DNA of 64,000 nt from an uncultured Gammaproteobacteria bacterium (GCA_913020715.1 CAJVZH010000007.1:13021-77020), one strand, 5' to 3'; shown: positions 1 to 11,173, counted from the first letter of the stretch. The notes: generated by a model not told the origin, from the letters alone. A program made the numbers and translations.

Positions 1-517
1 TGCTTGGATCGTAGCTGAGATTAATTGCCGTTGTTTTGTTTAGCCAATAATTGCCGCTCAATCCGAAATTGGCGCCGCTGACCGAAAGTGGAATCACAAG
101 CATTGCCATTAGTGAGCTATTGTCGTTGACATAATTGGAAAAGCCAAGACTAATACTTCCTTCTTTGACGGTTGTTACGGTGCCGTTTACTGCTTTAAGG
201 CTTATTTTAGAGGTTCGATAACCAACAACTAGATCAGAGCTATTTGTAAGCGACCAGTAGTAACCTAGGCCCATTCGTGAAACGCTTGCGTCTTGAGAGT
301 CTAAATCCGTTGAAAATTGGCCGCTAATAATAAAATTATTAAAAGTTCCAGAACCGCCTAGTCCAAGGTACATGCCACTTCCAGCGGTATTAACATTGGC
401 TACACCAAGGCCACTTTCAAGATAATTGTAACTCCTTTCAGATTGGGTAGATGGGCTTGCAGCAATCGATAAAGTTGTTGTTAATAATAGAGTTATTAGT
501 ACTGTTCTTTTAATCAT
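1..517 (-). CDS. Secreted outer-membrane beta-barrel-like protein (3' end runs off the window)
   Basis: Hand translation from ATG at 517 after SD GAGG: MIKRTVLITLLLTTTLSIAA (signal peptide), then alternating Gly/aromatic beta-strand patterns (YLESGLGV, RMGLGYYW, FGLSGNYW). Open to the window edge. Confidence 0.65.
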   Translation of the reverse strand, partial: MIKRTVLITLLLTTTLSIAASPSTQSERSYNYLESGLGVANVNTAGSGMYLGLGGSGTFNNFIISGQFSTDLDSQDASVSRMGLGYYWSLTNSSDLVVGYRTSKISLKAVNGTVTTVKEGSISLGFSNYVNDNSSLMAMLVIPLSVSGANFGLSGNYWLNKTTAINLSYDPS

Positions 518-677
518 AAACACCTCTTTTTGCCTGACTGACGATGCCAGTATACATAAAAAGGTTTCAAAATAGATCTTAAATAGCAATTAATGGTTCA
601 AAATAGTATTAAATAAATAGATTAAAAAGATCTATAGTTTGATATATAATCAAATTTCGTTGTTAGAAAGAGTGAAG

Positions 678-746
678 ATGAAAAGCGAAACAAAAATGTT
701 GATTGGGCTTGTAATAATAGTTGGAATTGTTTGGGTGTGGATTTAA
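678..746 (+). CDS. Candidate 22-aa single-pass membrane microprotein
   Basis: MKSETKMLIGLVIIVGIVWVWI*. Charged N-terminus plus a hydrophobic run; TATAAT at 645-650 and a purine-rich stretch upstream. Below the ORF-track cutoff. Confidence 0.45.
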   Translation: MKSETKMLIGLVIIVGIVWVWI

Positions 747-764
747 GAACCGCTCAACTAAAGA

Positions 765-2198
765 TTATTCCCAGCCGCTAATTACTTTAACCTCTAGAAA
801 CTCTTCAAGACCTAAAACACCGCCTTCACGGCCGATACCCGAGTGCTTGTAACCACCAAAAGGGGCATCCATCCCAAGATCGGCACCATTAATTTCAACC
901 ATTCCAGAGCGTAATCGTTTAGAAACACGCTTGGCTTTGTCGATATCTTGTGTTTGTATGTAGTTGGTTAAGCCAAAGCAAGTGTCGTTAGCAATCGAAA
1001 TTGCCTCTTCTTCGTTCTCGAATGGAATCATCGATAGTACCGGCCCAAAGATTTCCGTTTGAGCGATGGTCATTTGATTATTAACATCTGAGAAAATGGT
1101 GGGTTTGACAAAGTAACCTGTTTCAAAGCCGTCTGGCTTACCGACACCACCCGCGCTTAATGTTGCCTTTTCATCAACGCCTTGTTGAATAAGGTGTTGA
1201 ATTTTATCAAATTGCAGTTGAGAAATAACAGGCCCCATATGACTCCCTTGTTTTGTGGGAAGGTCAACCGATGTTTGTGCAGCAACAACCTGAGCTTTGG
1301 CCACGGATTGTTCGTAAACAGAGCGCTCAACCAGCATTCGTGTGGGTGCATTGCAAGATTGACCGGTATTGCTAAAACAATGCTTTACGCCACGTTCAAC
1401 GGCATTATCGTCGGCATCAGCAAAAATAATATTGGCCCCTTTGCCGCCCAACTCTAGGCCGATTCTCTTGAAATCATCGGCCGCATTATGCGAAATTAGT
1501 GCACCTGCTCTTGTGGATCCCGTGAAGGAGACCATGTTAACATCAGGATGGCAGCTCAGTTGAGATCCCACACCTGCTCCGTCACCATTGACAAGGTTAA
1601 AAACGCCTTTTGGCAAGCCCGCTTCATTAATCATTTCGGCAAAAACCATGGACGAGAGCGGCGCTATTTCAGAGGGTTTTAGCACCATTGTGCAGCCAGT
1701 AGCAATCGCAGGGATGACTTTTAAAGTAACTTGATTAATGGGCCAATTCCATGGTGTGATTAATGCGCAAACACCTTTTGGCTCATAAACGAGACGATTG
1801 TCTGGTGCGTGATCGCCCAAGGGTTTCTCAAATTCAAACGTTTTGAGTTTTTTAATAAAAGTCTTGATGTGCCCAGCGCCAGAACCGGTTTGTGCGGTGC
1901 TTGCAAAGTCGATTGGCGCACCCATTTCTAGGGAGATTGCTTCAGCCATATCGGACCATCGACGTTTGTAGACGCTGTAAAGCGCCTCTAGAACTTCAAT
2001 TCTATCTTCTTTTGAAGACACCCCCCAAGTTGTTAACGCGTTTTTAGCGGCATTGACTGCAAGGTTGGTATCGGCTTCTGAGCCCAGTGAAATGGTTGCG
2101 CAAACACTTTCATCTGCTGGATTGATAACGTCAAAGTTGTTGGTGCGGCTAGGCTTGACCCAGGTGCCATTGATATAGAATTGCGTTTGATTTAGCAT
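765..2198 (-). CDS. NAD-dependent aldehyde dehydrogenase
   Basis: ITPWNWP, FTGST, LELGGK, GQSCNAP catalytic Cys and EIFGPV motifs. Confidence 0.95.
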   Translation of the reverse strand: MLNQTQFYINGTWVKPSRTNNFDVINPADESVCATISLGSEADTNLAVNAAKNALTTWGVSSKEDRIEVLEALYSVYKRRWSDMAEAISLEMGAPIDFASTAQTGSGAGHIKTFIKKLKTFEFEKPLGDHAPDNRLVYEPKGVCALITPWNWPINQVTLKVIPAIATGCTMVLKPSEIAPLSSMVFAEMINEAGLPKGVFNLVNGDGAGVGSQLSCHPDVNMVSFTGSTRAGALISHNAADDFKRIGLELGGKGANIIFADADDNAVERGVKHCFSNTGQSCNAPTRMLVERSVYEQSVAKAQVVAAQTSVDLPTKQGSHMGPVISQLQFDKIQHLIQQGVDEKATLSAGGVGKPDGFETGYFVKPTIFSDVNNQMTIAQTEIFGPVLSMIPFENEEEAISIANDTCFGLTNYIQTQDIDKAKRVSKRLRSGMVEINGADLGMDAPFGGYKHSGIGREGGVLGLEEFLEVKVISGWE

Positions 2199-2232
2199 AA
2201 CTCCCCCGAGTAATCAAAAAAGGGGAATTATG

Positions 2233-3408
2233 CTATACGTTTGCTAAGCGGTCAACTGCTAATTTAATGTTGTCCATGCTCGTGGCAAAAGAAAAGCGTG
2301 CATAGCCTGGAGCGCCAAATGCTGAGCCTGGAACAAGGGCGATATTCAGCTCTTCCAGGCAATAAGTTGCAAATTCCACGTCATCGGCTAGACCAAGGCG
2401 CTCAATTAGGCCCTGCACTCTAGGGAATGAATAGAAGGCGCCACCGGATTCAGGGCATTCGATACCGTCGATGGCATTTAGGCCTGCAACAATATAGTCG
2501 TAGCGAGTTTTAAAGGTTTTAACCATTTCCTCGATAAACGACTGATCGCCATTAAGCGCTTCAAGCGCTGCAGCTTGCGCGACTGAGCTTGGATTGGAGG
2601 TGGACTGGCCTTGGATTTTTTTCATTGATTTAATGACTTCCTCAGGGCCTGCTGCGTAACCAATTCGCCAACCCGTCATGGCGTAGGCTTTAGAGACTCC
2701 ATTGAGAATCATGGTGCGATCTTTCAATGCTGGACACGCCATAACAATATTAACAAAATCTTTATCACCCCAGCGAATGTGCTCGTATATATCATCGGTC
2801 AAAACAATAATTTGTGGATGATTGATTAAAACTGCAGCTAAGGCCTCGAGTTCTGATTTTGAGTAAACTGCACCCGTTGGATTTGAAGGGCTGGTGAGTA
2901 CCACCAATTTTGTTTTGGCATTAATTGCTGTTTCGAGTTGTCCTGGTGTTATTTTGAATCCTTGCTCAAGGCCGGTTTCGATGATCACTGGTGTAGCATC
3001 TGCAAGAATAACGATATCTGGATACGACACCCAATAAGGCGCTGGAATAACAACCTCCTGGCCTTCGTCCAGTATTGCTTGGCAAAGATTGTAAAAGACT
3101 TGCTTACCACCAGAAGAGACCATTACCTCATTTAGGGAGTATCTTAAGTTGTTCTCTCTTTCAAATTTCTCGCAAATGGCTTTTTTGAGTTGCGGCGTGC
3201 CATCAACAGCGGTGTAGCGAGTTTCGCCAGCCTTAATAGCATTAATGCCCGCCTCTTTAATGTTAAGCGGTGTATCGAAGTCCGGCTCACCCGTACCCAT
3301 TGGCACAATTGGAATACCTTTCGCCTTTAACTCATTGGCCTTTGCGGTGACGGCAAGGGTGGCGGACGGCTTAATTTTTTGGACTCGATTTGAAAGGATG
3401 CTTGACAT
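2233..3408 (-). CDS. aspC: Class I PLP-dependent (aspartate) aminotransferase
   Basis: GEPDFDTP, SPSNPTG, DDIYEH and SKAYAMTGWRIGY (PLP Lys) motifs. Confidence 0.9.
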   Translation of the reverse strand: MSSILSNRVQKIKPSATLAVTAKANELKAKGIPIVPMGTGEPDFDTPLNIKEAGINAIKAGETRYTAVDGTPQLKKAICEKFERENNLRYSLNEVMVSSGGKQVFYNLCQAILDEGQEVVIPAPYWVSYPDIVILADATPVIIETGLEQGFKITPGQLETAINAKTKLVVLTSPSNPTGAVYSKSELEALAAVLINHPQIIVLTDDIYEHIRWGDKDFVNIVMACPALKDRTMILNGVSKAYAMTGWRIGYAAGPEEVIKSMKKIQGQSTSNPSSVAQAAALEALNGDQSFIEEMVKTFKTRYDYIVAGLNAIDGIECPESGGAFYSFPRVQGLIERLGLADDVEFATYCLEELNIALVPGSAFGAPGYARFSFATSMDNIKLAVDRLANV

Positions 3409-3460
3409 TTACGGTGGCGGTGAATTAGTTTAAAATTAAGTGCTTATTTTAAAGAAAAAA

Positions 3461-5458
3461 GTGTCAAAAGTGGTTAGAAAATTTAAGTTGAAATCTGCCT
3501 TTTCTCCGAAAGGAGATCAACCTCAGGCGATTAAGGCTTTGCTTGATGGAATCACTGCAGGCGCTAAATACCAAACATTGTTGGGTGTAACGGGCTCGGG
3601 CAAAACTTTTACTCTGGCAAATGTCATTGAGAAGACACAAAAACCAAGCCTCATCATGGCGCCCAATAAAACCCTTGCGGCACAACTCTACAGTGAGATG
3701 AAGGAGTTTTTCCCGAATAATGCGGTGGAGTATTTTGTCTCTTACTATGACTACTATCAGCCTGAAGCTTATGTGCCAGCATCGGATACTTACATTGAAA
3801 AAGATGCCTCTATTAACGAGCAAATTGAGCAAATGCGTCTGTCGGCGACAAAGGCGCTACTAGAGAGACGAGACGTTATTATTATCGCCAGTGTTTCGGC
3901 AATTTATGGACTTGGCGATCCAGACAGTTATATGAAGATGCTGCTGCACCTGACTGTGGGCGAGGTGACCAAGCAAAGAGAGATTCTTTCGCGACTTTCA
4001 GAAATGCAATACAACCGCAACGATGTCACATTGACTCGAGGACATTTTCGTGTCAAGGGTGAAATTATTGATATTTTCCCTGCGGATTCAGAAGAGCGCG
4101 CGTTAAGGGTCGAGATGTTTGATGATGAGGTGGAGGCTTTATCGTGGTTTGACCCACTGACAGGTGAAAAGATTAAATCACTGCAGCGAATAACGATTTA
4201 TCCTAAAACGCATTATGTTACGCCAAAATCAAAAATACTCAGTGTGCTTGATGACATCAAGGCGGAGCTTGTTATTAGAAAAAAAGAATTGTTGGCACAA
4301 AACAAATTGGTTGAAGAGCAGCGCCTTTCGCAGCGTGTTGTTCTTGATGTGGAGATGATGCGAGAGCTGGGTTATTGCACCGGTATTGAAAATTACTCAC
4401 GCTATCTATCAGGAAGAAAATCGGGCGAGCCACCACCGACTTTGCTGGATTATTTACCAAAAGACGCACTGGTGATATTGGACGAGTCGCACGTGACCGT
4501 CAGTCAAATTGGCGGCATGTACAATGGCGACAGGTCGCGAAAAACCACGCTGGTTGATTTTGGTTTTCGCCTTCCTTCGGCGCTCGATAATCGCCCTTTA
4601 CGGTTTGACGAATTCTCCGAACGCGTTAATCAGTGTATTTTGGTTTCGGCGACGCCTGCGAATTATGAGCTGGAAGTCTCTAGCTTTATTGCGGAACAAG
4701 TGGTGAGACCCACAGGGCTTCTCGATCCGGGGATTGATGTACGTCCCGTTGATACTCAAGTGGACGACTTGCTTTCTGAAATTCATAAAAGGGTGGCGCT
4801 TAAAGAGCGCGTTTTAGTGACCACACTGACCAAGCGTATGTCTGAGCAACTGAGTGATTACTTACACGAGCATCAAGTCAAAGTGCGTTACTTGCACTCT
4901 GATATTGACACCGTTGAACGCGTTGAAATTATTCGTGATTTACGACTTGGAGTGTTTGATGTTTTGGTGGGAATTAATCTTCTGCGAGAGGGTTTGGATA
5001 TACCTGAAGTTTCGTTGGTGGCAATATTGGATGCCGATAAAGAAGGATTCCTTCGCTCTGAACGATCACTGATTCAAACCATGGGCAGGGCGGCAAGACA
5101 CGTTAATGGTGCGGTTATTCTTTACGCTGCTCGTATTACAAACTCGATGCAAAGGGCGATGGACGTAACCAGCAAAAGGCGCGAGAAACAAACGCTTTAC
5201 AATGAAAAGCATGGAATAATTCCCACGGGCGTTGTTAAGCCAATTATAAATATCTTGGATACAGATTTGTCTGCTGATGAAATTGATGAACAGCTAGAGT
5301 CTGAGATTATTGAAGTACACTTGTCCCCCGTGCAGTTGGCAAAAGAGTTAAAGCGTCTTGAAAAACAAATGTATCAGTACGCCCAAGACTTAAAGTTTGA
5401 AGAGGCGGCAGATGTGCGTAATCATATTAAACGATTAAAAGATGGACAATTTAAGTAA
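3461..5458 (+). CDS. uvrB: Excinuclease ABC subunit B (start uncertain: 3440/3461/3470)
   Basis: GVTGSGKT Walker [11 protein letters not shown] beta-hairpin, DESH, and C-terminal UVR domain (FEEAADVRN). Confidence 0.98.
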   Translation: MSKVVRKFKLKSAFSPKGDQPQAIKALLDGITAGAKYQTLLGVTGSGKTFTLANVIEKTQKPSLIMAPNKTLAAQLYSEMKEFFPNNAVEYFVSYYDYYQPEAYVPASDTYIEKDASINEQIEQMRLSATKALLERRDVIIIASVSAIYGLGDPDSYMKMLLHLTVGEVTKQREILSRLSEMQYNRNDVTLTRGHFRVKGEIIDIFPADSEERALRVEMFDDEVEALSWFDPLTGEKIKSLQRITIYPKTHYVTPKSKILSVLDDIKAELVIRKKELLAQNKLVEEQRLSQRVVLDVEMMRELGYCTGIENYSRYLSGRKSGEPPPTLLDYLPKDALVILDESHVTVSQIGGMYNGDRSRKTTLVDFGFRLPSALDNRPLRFDEFSERVNQCILVSATPANYELEVSSFIAEQVVRPTGLLDPGIDVRPVDTQVDDLLSEIHKRVALKERVLVTTLTKRMSEQLSDYLHEHQVKVRYLHSDIDTVERVEIIRDLRLGVFDVLVGINLLREGLDIPEVSLVAILDADKEGFLRSERSLIQTMGRAARHVNGAVILYAARITNSMQRAMDVTSKRREKQTLYNEKHGIIPTGVVKPIINILDTDLSADEIDEQLESEIIEVHLSPVQLAKELKRLEKQMYQYAQDLKFEEAADVRNHIKRLKDGQFK

Positions 5459-6104
5459 AGACAATACAAACCCCACGCTCAATATAACCGAGATTTTTTA
5501 CTCACTGCAGGGCGAGGCAAAAGATGTGGGCATTCCTACGGTCTTTATTCGTTTAACGGGTTGTCCACTTCGTTGCAATTATTGCGATACAGCTTACGCC
5601 TTTAAAGGTAACAACCCCTTAACAATTGATGATGTTTTGGCTGAGGTGCGTCAATACAATACTCGCTATGTTTGTGTGACTGGTGGCGAGCCACTGGCGC
5701 AGAAGAGCTGCCTAAAATTGCTAGATACTCTGGCTGAAGATGGTTACAAGATTTCTCTTGAGACCAGCGGTAGTATTGACGTTGCACCTGTAAATCCTCA
5801 AGTGTCTATTGTGATGGATCTTAAAACACCTTCGTCGACAGAGTGCCATCAAAATCGCTATGAAAATATCCCCCTTTTAGGGGTCAAAGATCAGTTGAAA
5901 TTTGTTATTGCAAATCGAGATGACTTTGATTGGTGCTGTGATGTTTTAGAAAACAACACAACACCAGCTGGCGTGCTGTTTTCGCCGGTTTATGAGTCTT
6001 TAAAGCCCGCTCAATTGGCTGATTGGATTCTGGCAAAGCAACTTAACGTGCGACTGCAAGTGCAGCTGCACAAAATTCTTTGGGGTGAGGAGCAGGGCAA
6101 GTAA
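5442..6104 (+). CDS. queE: 7-carboxy-7-deazaguanine synthase (radical SAM)
   Basis: [23 protein letters not shown] (CxxxCxxC), TGGEP and QLHKILW. Confidence 0.95.
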   Translation: MDNLSKDNTNPTLNITEIFYSLQGEAKDVGIPTVFIRLTGCPLRCNYCDTAYAFKGNNPLTIDDVLAEVRQYNTRYVCVTGGEPLAQKSCLKLLDTLAEDGYKISLETSGSIDVAPVNPQVSIVMDLKTPSSTECHQNRYENIPLLGVKDQLKFVIANRDDFDWCCDVLENNTTPAGVLFSPVYESLKPAQLADWILAKQLNVRLQVQLHKILWGEEQGK

Positions 6105-6118
6105 TATTTGTTTTGTGT

Positions 6119-7666
6119 TTAAGTCTTTTGTCCAGATTCGATTAACACCTGTGCTTTGTCAATAGCAACGTGATACTGAGGGTCTTCTAAGACGTTAACT
6201 TCCACCAAATCTTTGGCCGTGTTTAGAAGTAGCCCACACTCGCTACTCAGGTGCATAAGGTGCAGTTTCTTGCCAACCTTTTGGTAGCGTTCGGCCAGTT
6301 TGTCAATCGCTTGAATGGCCGAGTGATCCATCACTCGTGAACCTTGAAAGTCAATAAAGACCTCTTTGGGGTCATTACTTGGGGAGAAGATGGCGTGAAA
6401 ATGCTCAATCGAGCCAAAAAATAGCACGCCTTTTAGCTTGTAAATTTTAGCGCCATTGTTATCTATCTCATCAGTTGCATGAATTTTACTTGCTGAGTCC
6501 CAGGCAAACGACAGGGCGGACATAATAACGCCGGCGATTACTGCAAGCGCCAAGTTGTCCGTCAATACCGTGATCACTGCAACCGAAATACCAACAATAA
6601 TATCTGGTAATGGAATTTTGCCAAATAAGCGGAACGAGCCCCATTCAAAGGTGCCGATAACCACCATCATCATCACACCAATTAATACTGCAACTGGAAT
6701 CATTTCAATGTATTCAGAAAGAAAGAGGATAAAAAACAGTAGCACGATAGCGGCAACAATGCCTGAGAGTCGACCCCGACCGCCAGATTTGATATTAATC
6801 AAACTTTGACCGACCATGGCGCAACCACCCATACCACCAAAGAGGCCCGTTACAGTGTTGGCTACGCCTTGACCGACACATTCTTTGTTTGGTCGACCTG
6901 TTGTTTCCGTAAGATCGTCAATCAAATTAAGTGTTAGCAAGCTTTCAATCAAACCAACAAGCGCCATCACAATTGCGTAAGGAAAAACAATTTGCAACAT
7001 CTCTAAGTTAAACGGCACATTAGGCATGTGGAATGGCGGAAAGGCGCCACCTATTGAAGCAATATCGCCAACCGTTCGTGTGTCTAAATCCAGTAGTAAT
7101 ACAGCAATCGTGCCAACTACGATAGCCGCTAAAGTTGAGGGCACTGCGCGAGTTAATTTTGGTAGGTAATGAATAACAACCATGGTGATCGCTATTATGA
7201 TGAGCATGATAGTGAGTGGTGTGCCACTAATCCACTCGTCCGCCACTTTGAATTGCTTGATTTGTGCGAGGAAAATCACCATAGCCAATCCATTAACAAA
7301 ACCAAGGAAAACTGGGTGCGGCACCAAGCGAATGAATTTACCCATTTTTAGCAGCCCAAAGCCTATCTGAATCACACCCATCATCACCACTGCGGCAAAT
7401 AGGTACTCAACACCATGCTGGGCAACCAGTGTGCCAATGACCACGGCAATGGCACCTGTTGCGCCTGAGATCATGCCCGGTCTACCACCAATAATAGAGG
7501 TGACAATGCCAATAGTAAAGGCAGCATATAGGCCGACCAAGGGGTTGACGCCCGCTAATAGGGCGAAAGCGACCGCTTCAGGGACTAATGCTAGAGCAAC
7601 CGTTAGGCCAGACAAAATATCATTCTTTGCGTTGCTAGGAACGCGCTTGTGTATCAGTTTAAACAT
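6119..7666 (-). CDS. SulP-family inorganic anion transporter with STAS domain
   Basis: GLTVALALVPEAVAF, GGRPGMISGATGA and GGMGGCAM signatures; C-terminal STAS (LFFGS, DHSAI). Confidence 0.93.
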   Translation of the reverse strand: MFKLIHKRVPSNAKNDILSGLTVALALVPEAVAFALLAGVNPLVGLYAAFTIGIVTSIIGGRPGMISGATGAIAVVIGTLVAQHGVEYLFAAVVMMGVIQIGFGLLKMGKFIRLVPHPVFLGFVNGLAMVIFLAQIKQFKVADEWISGTPLTIMLIIIAITMVVIHYLPKLTRAVPSTLAAIVVGTIAVLLLDLDTRTVGDIASIGGAFPPFHMPNVPFNLEMLQIVFPYAIVMALVGLIESLLTLNLIDDLTETTGRPNKECVGQGVANTVTGLFGGMGGCAMVGQSLINIKSGGRGRLSGIVAAIVLLFFILFLSEYIEMIPVAVLIGVMMMVVIGTFEWGSFRLFGKIPLPDIIVGISVAVITVLTDNLALAVIAGVIMSALSFAWDSASKIHATDEIDNNGAKIYKLKGVLFFGSIEHFHAIFSPSNDPKEVFIDFQGSRVMDHSAIQAIDKLAERYQKVGKKLHLMHLSSECGLLLNTAKDLVEVNVLEDPQYHVAIDKAQVLIESGQKT

Positions 7667-7690
7667 GGTATTTGTGGGTTTAGATGCTGT

Positions 7691-8791
7691 TTAGTTTTTC
7701 GCAGCAGGGATAACAGGAGTTGATGATTTAACATCACAGTTTTGTGCTCTATGACGTAGTGCATGGTCCATTAGTGTTAAGGCTAGCATGGCTTCAGCAA
7801 TTGGCGTTGCGCGCACACCAACACACGGATCGTGACGACCCTTGGTAATAACTTCGTCTACCTCACCGTTAACATCAATGCTATCAACTGGCAAACGCAA
7901 ACTCGACGTTGGTTTGAGTGCAATAGAAACCAGTAGATCTTGACCTGAGCTAATACCGCCCAGCGTGCCACCTGCATTGTTTGAGGTAAAGCCCTTAGGT
8001 GTCAGGGCATCGCGATGCTCTGAGCCTTTTTGTGTTATGGCGTTAAAACCAGCGCCGATTTCAATGCCTTTGACAGCATTAATGCTCATCATCGCGTGGG
8101 CGACGTCAGCCTCTAGGCGATCAAAAATTGGCTCACCAAGACCAACAGGCATGCCACTGGCGACAACATTAATACGCGCACCTATAGAGTCACCGGATTT
8201 TCTCAAGGCGTCCATATAAGCTTCTAATTCGTTGATTTTGCTGGCATCAGGGCAAAAGAACGGGTTGTTGTGCACTTCGTTCCAGTCAAAATTTTCAATT
8301 GCAATCGGGCCTAGTTGCGCCATATAGCCACGAATCTCGATGCCGTAATTCTCTTGTAAGTACTTTTTGGCAATACCACCAGCAGCCACTCGCATTGCGG
8401 TTTCGCGGGCTGACGAGCGACCACCACCACGGTAGTCTCTTATTCCATACTTTTGTTGATAAGTGTAGTCTGCATGACCGGGACGAAAAGAGTTAGCAAT
8501 ATTGCCATAGTCTTTTGAGCGTTGATCGGTGTTTTGGATCAGAAGAGCAATGGGCGTGCCTGTGGTAACCCCTTCAAACGTGCCCGATAGAATTTTAACT
8601 TTATCCTCTTCGCGGCGCTGTGTTGTGTGGCGCGAAGTACCCGGCTTTCTTAGGTCTAAATCGCCTTGTAAGTCGACTTCGGTTAAGCTCATCCCTGGTG
8701 GGCAGCCGTCAACAATGCCAATTAAGGCTTCACCGTGGCTTTCGCCTGCAGTTGTCAGGGTGAGTAATTTTCCGATTGAATTGCCAGACAT
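7691..8791 (-). CDS. aroC: Chorismate synthase
   Basis: GESHG, RPGHAD, RSSARET and GRHDPCV motifs. Confidence 0.98.
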   Translation of the reverse strand: MSGNSIGKLLTLTTAGESHGEALIGIVDGCPPGMSLTEVDLQGDLDLRKPGTSRHTTQRREEDKVKILSGTFEGVTTGTPIALLIQNTDQRSKDYGNIANSFRPGHADYTYQQKYGIRDYRGGGRSSARETAMRVAAGGIAKKYLQENYGIEIRGYMAQLGPIAIENFDWNEVHNNPFFCPDASKINELEAYMDALRKSGDSIGARINVVASGMPVGLGEPIFDRLEADVAHAMMSINAVKGIEIGAGFNAITQKGSEHRDALTPKGFTSNNAGGTLGGISSGQDLLVSIALKPTSSLRLPVDSIDVNGEVDEVITKGRHDPCVGVRATPIAEAMLALTLMDHALRHRAQNCDVKSSTPVIPAAKN

Positions 8792-8861
8792 GGGCTCGAT
8801 TTAGCTAATGATAATGGCATAATATTATACCTGTGCCATATTTGTTGTTCTGTTGGTTTTT

Positions 8862-8938
8862 TGGTGCCCTTGGCGAGATTCGAACTCACGACTTCTCCCT
8901 TAGGAGGGGAGCGCTCTATCCAGCTGAGCTACAAAGGC
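8862..8938 (-). tRNA. tRNA-Arg(CCT)
   Basis: Reverse complement folds into a cloverleaf: acceptor GCCTTTG/CAAGGGC, anticodon arm CTCCC-CTCCTAA-GGGAG, TTCGAAT loop, encoded CCA. Confidence 0.97.
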
Positions 8939-8972
8939 AGAATGAGTATTATTGCCACTTCCGGGTGCGAAT

Positions 8973-9596
8973 TCAAGTGATTATTTGCCTAATAATGGAA
9001 TCGGCGTTGTTGTAGTCGATCTTAATGGTTGCCATGGAGCCACCACTGAGAAGTTTAAGCGAGGGAAATGAAGTCATACCTAGCGATTGTGACAGGGCTA
9101 TTTCCTTTGTTAGAGTCTGTTGTACGTCGGGCGAATTTAAATCTTCGGCAAATTGTTTGGCACCTAATCCCAGTTTTTCGGCAATGGTGATCAATACATT
9201 GTTGTTCGAAGGGTTTTTTGCCTCAAGATAATAAGCGTGTTGAATCGCTTCAATATAGAGCGTCTCCACGCGGGGTTGTTGTTTTCTCGCACAAATAACC
9301 GCTCGACAAGCTGGATAAGTTGAGCGTTTTGGCTCGCAAAGACGCCAAAAATCAAAATTGAACTTTGTGCCGGGAACGATTTGCTGAATTTTCTCCCAAT
9401 TAGTTTGAATGTAGTTTTGCGTCTCTAACCCCATGATTAAATCACTATCTGGTGCAAGACCACCAAGCAAATAACGACAATTAACTTTGCCCTCGATAGC
9501 AAATACTACTTTTTCCCAGGTTGGCTTAAAAGCCCAACACCATGAACACATTGGGTCGTGGCTGTAGTAAAGTGTTGGTAATGATGAGTTTGGCAC
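8973..9596 (-). CDS. DsbA-family (thioredoxin-fold) protein
   Basis: HDPMCSWCWAF CxxC, STYPACRA and GMTSFPSL. GTG at 9596 chosen as start; the ORF-track start at 9641 overlaps the divergent promoter. Confidence 0.85.
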   Translation of the reverse strand: MPNSSLPTLYYSHDPMCSWCWAFKPTWEKVVFAIEGKVNCRYLLGGLAPDSDLIMGLETQNYIQTNWEKIQQIVPGTKFNFDFWRLCEPKRSTYPACRAVICARKQQPRVETLYIEAIQHAYYLEAKNPSNNNVLITIAEKLGLGAKQFAEDLNSPDVQQTLTKEIALSQSLGMTSFPSLKLLSGGSMATIKIDYNNADSIIRQIIT

Positions 9597-9652
9597 TAAG
9601 GCAAGTGAGAGGTGTATAATTGATTGAATCAATGATAACACAGAGGGTAAAG

Positions 9653-10240
9653 ATGAAAAATAAATTAATTATTTCACTATTGTGTCTATTGGCATCTCAC
9701 TCGACATTTGCTGGCATCACTTTTGAGTTTGTCACTGAGGAGCCAGCCCCAGCTCCAGCTCCCGTAATGAATGGGTTTTTTGATAATGCGAGAGTCTTAT
9801 TGATAGAGAAAGTTTATTCGAACTACGTCATTCGTGAGTCTTCTCAAGAGTGCTATATAACTGAGTATCAGCAATCCTCTACTCCTAGTGGAGAGCTTTC
9901 AACCAACGCTTTTTTAAGTGGTGTGGTTGGTGGTATGATTGGCAACCAAGTGGGTGATGGAGACGGTCAGAAAGCGGCAACTTTGATTGGATTTTTGTTA
10001 GGCGTAAAAGCCGCTCAAGATCAAGAGGCCCAAGCCAGTGGCGCTACACTATATTCTAGAGAAATATGCGAGCAACGCTACCCGCAAAGTGCGGTTAGTG
10101 GCGCGATGTTTTATCGCATAACCTATGTTTACCAAGATCAACTTTTCTCATACATATCTAAAGCTAAACCTTATACAGACATCATCAAGGTTCGAGTCAA
10201 TGTCGCTCCGATTGACGATTACATCGTAGGCATTAATTAA
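9653..10240 (+). CDS. Secreted glycine-zipper domain protein
   Basis: Signal peptide MKNKLIISLLCLLASHSTFA; GVVGGMIGNQVGDGDGQKAATLIGFLLG glycine zipper; SD AGAGGG before ATG 9653. Confidence 0.75.
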   Translation: MKNKLIISLLCLLASHSTFAGITFEFVTEEPAPAPAPVMNGFFDNARVLLIEKVYSNYVIRESSQECYITEYQQSSTPSGELSTNAFLSGVVGGMIGNQVGDGDGQKAATLIGFLLGVKAAQDQEAQASGATLYSREICEQRYPQSAVSGAMFYRITYVYQDQLFSYISKAKPYTDIIKVRVNVAPIDDYIVGIN

Positions 10241-10249
10241 ACAGACAAT

Positions 10250-10278
10250 AAACTCCTGAGTGCGAGCTTAGGAGTTTT
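10250..10278 (+). terminator. Intrinsic terminator-like hairpin
   Basis: AAACTCCTGAG / CTTAGGAGTTT 11-bp stem ending in T residues, 10 nt after the stop codon. Confidence 0.7.
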
Positions 10279-10376
10279 CACTAACAAGCTCTTTTTCGGT
10301 ATAATTTCGCCATTAATTTAGTGGGTGTAACGTCGCCCATTTGTCACCACGTTATCAAATATTTTATTGAGGATTT

Positions 10377-11075
10377 ATGAAAGACATTAAACTTGAAGAT
10401 CGCCTTATTTTTGCTCTTGACGTTCCGGAAATTGACCAAGCAAAAGATTTGGTTGCCGAGCTTGATGACAGTGTTAATTTTTATAAAATTGGCATGGAGT
10501 TGTTAATGACGGGCCAATATTTTGATCTTCTTAATTGGCTCATTCAACAAGACAAAAAAGTATTTGTTGATTTGAAATTCTTCGATGTACCCGAAACAGT
10601 GGGTAGAACGATCGCTCGCCTCAGTGATTATGGCGCAACTTTTGCCACCATTCACGGCAACCAAGCGTTAATGGAAAAAGCAGCGCAAACCAAGGGTGAT
10701 TTGAAGGTTTTAGCCGTAACAGCATTAACAAGCCTTGACAGAGGCGATCTTGACGACTTGGGTTTTGAGTGCAATGTGCAAGATCTTGTAATTTCACGTG
10801 CTAAGCGTGCTTTTGAAGCGGGCTGTGATGGTGTGGTTTCTTCGGGTCTTGAAGTGCCTTTTTTACGAGAGTTTGTTGACAACAAGCTGATTGCAGTGAC
10901 ACCAGGCATTAGGCCGGTAGCTAACGATGACGACCAGAAGCGTGTTGTTGATGTTGCTACGGCCTTTAGAAGTGGTTCGGATTATATTGTTGTTGGTCGT
11001 CCAATTAAGAATGCAGAAAACCGGTACCAGGCAGCTAGCAATATCCAAAAAATCATTCGCTCAGTTTTCGACTAA
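10377..11075 (+). CDS. pyrF: Orotidine-5'-phosphate decarboxylase
   Basis: FALD, YKIG, DLKFFDVPET, TPGIR and VVGRPI motifs. Confidence 0.97.
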   Translation: MKDIKLEDRLIFALDVPEIDQAKDLVAELDDSVNFYKIGMELLMTGQYFDLLNWLIQQDKKVFVDLKFFDVPETVGRTIARLSDYGATFATIHGNQALMEKAAQTKGDLKVLAVTALTSLDRGDLDDLGFECNVQDLVISRAKRAFEAGCDGVVSSGLEVPFLREFVDNKLIAVTPGIRPVANDDDQKRVVDVATAFRSGSDYIVVGRPIKNAENRYQAASNIQKIIRSVFD

Positions 11076-11096
11076 GTATATAATATCCGCCTTTAT

Positions 11097-11173
11097 AGTC
11101 GCGTAGCTCAGTTGGTTAGAGCACTACCTTGACATGGTAGGGGTCGGTGATTCGAATTCACTCGCGACTACCA
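11097..11173 (+). tRNA. tRNA-Val(GAC)
   Basis: Acceptor AGTCGCG/CGCGACT, anticodon arm CTACC-TTGACAT-GGTAG, TTCGAAT loop, CCA. Confidence 0.97.

Noticed and set aside
11150-11173. tRNA-Val 3' end as an attL/attR repeat of an integrative element
   Set aside because: I found no second copy near 37200-37400, 38880 or 44630-44745, and no integrase, transposase or phage gene in the window.
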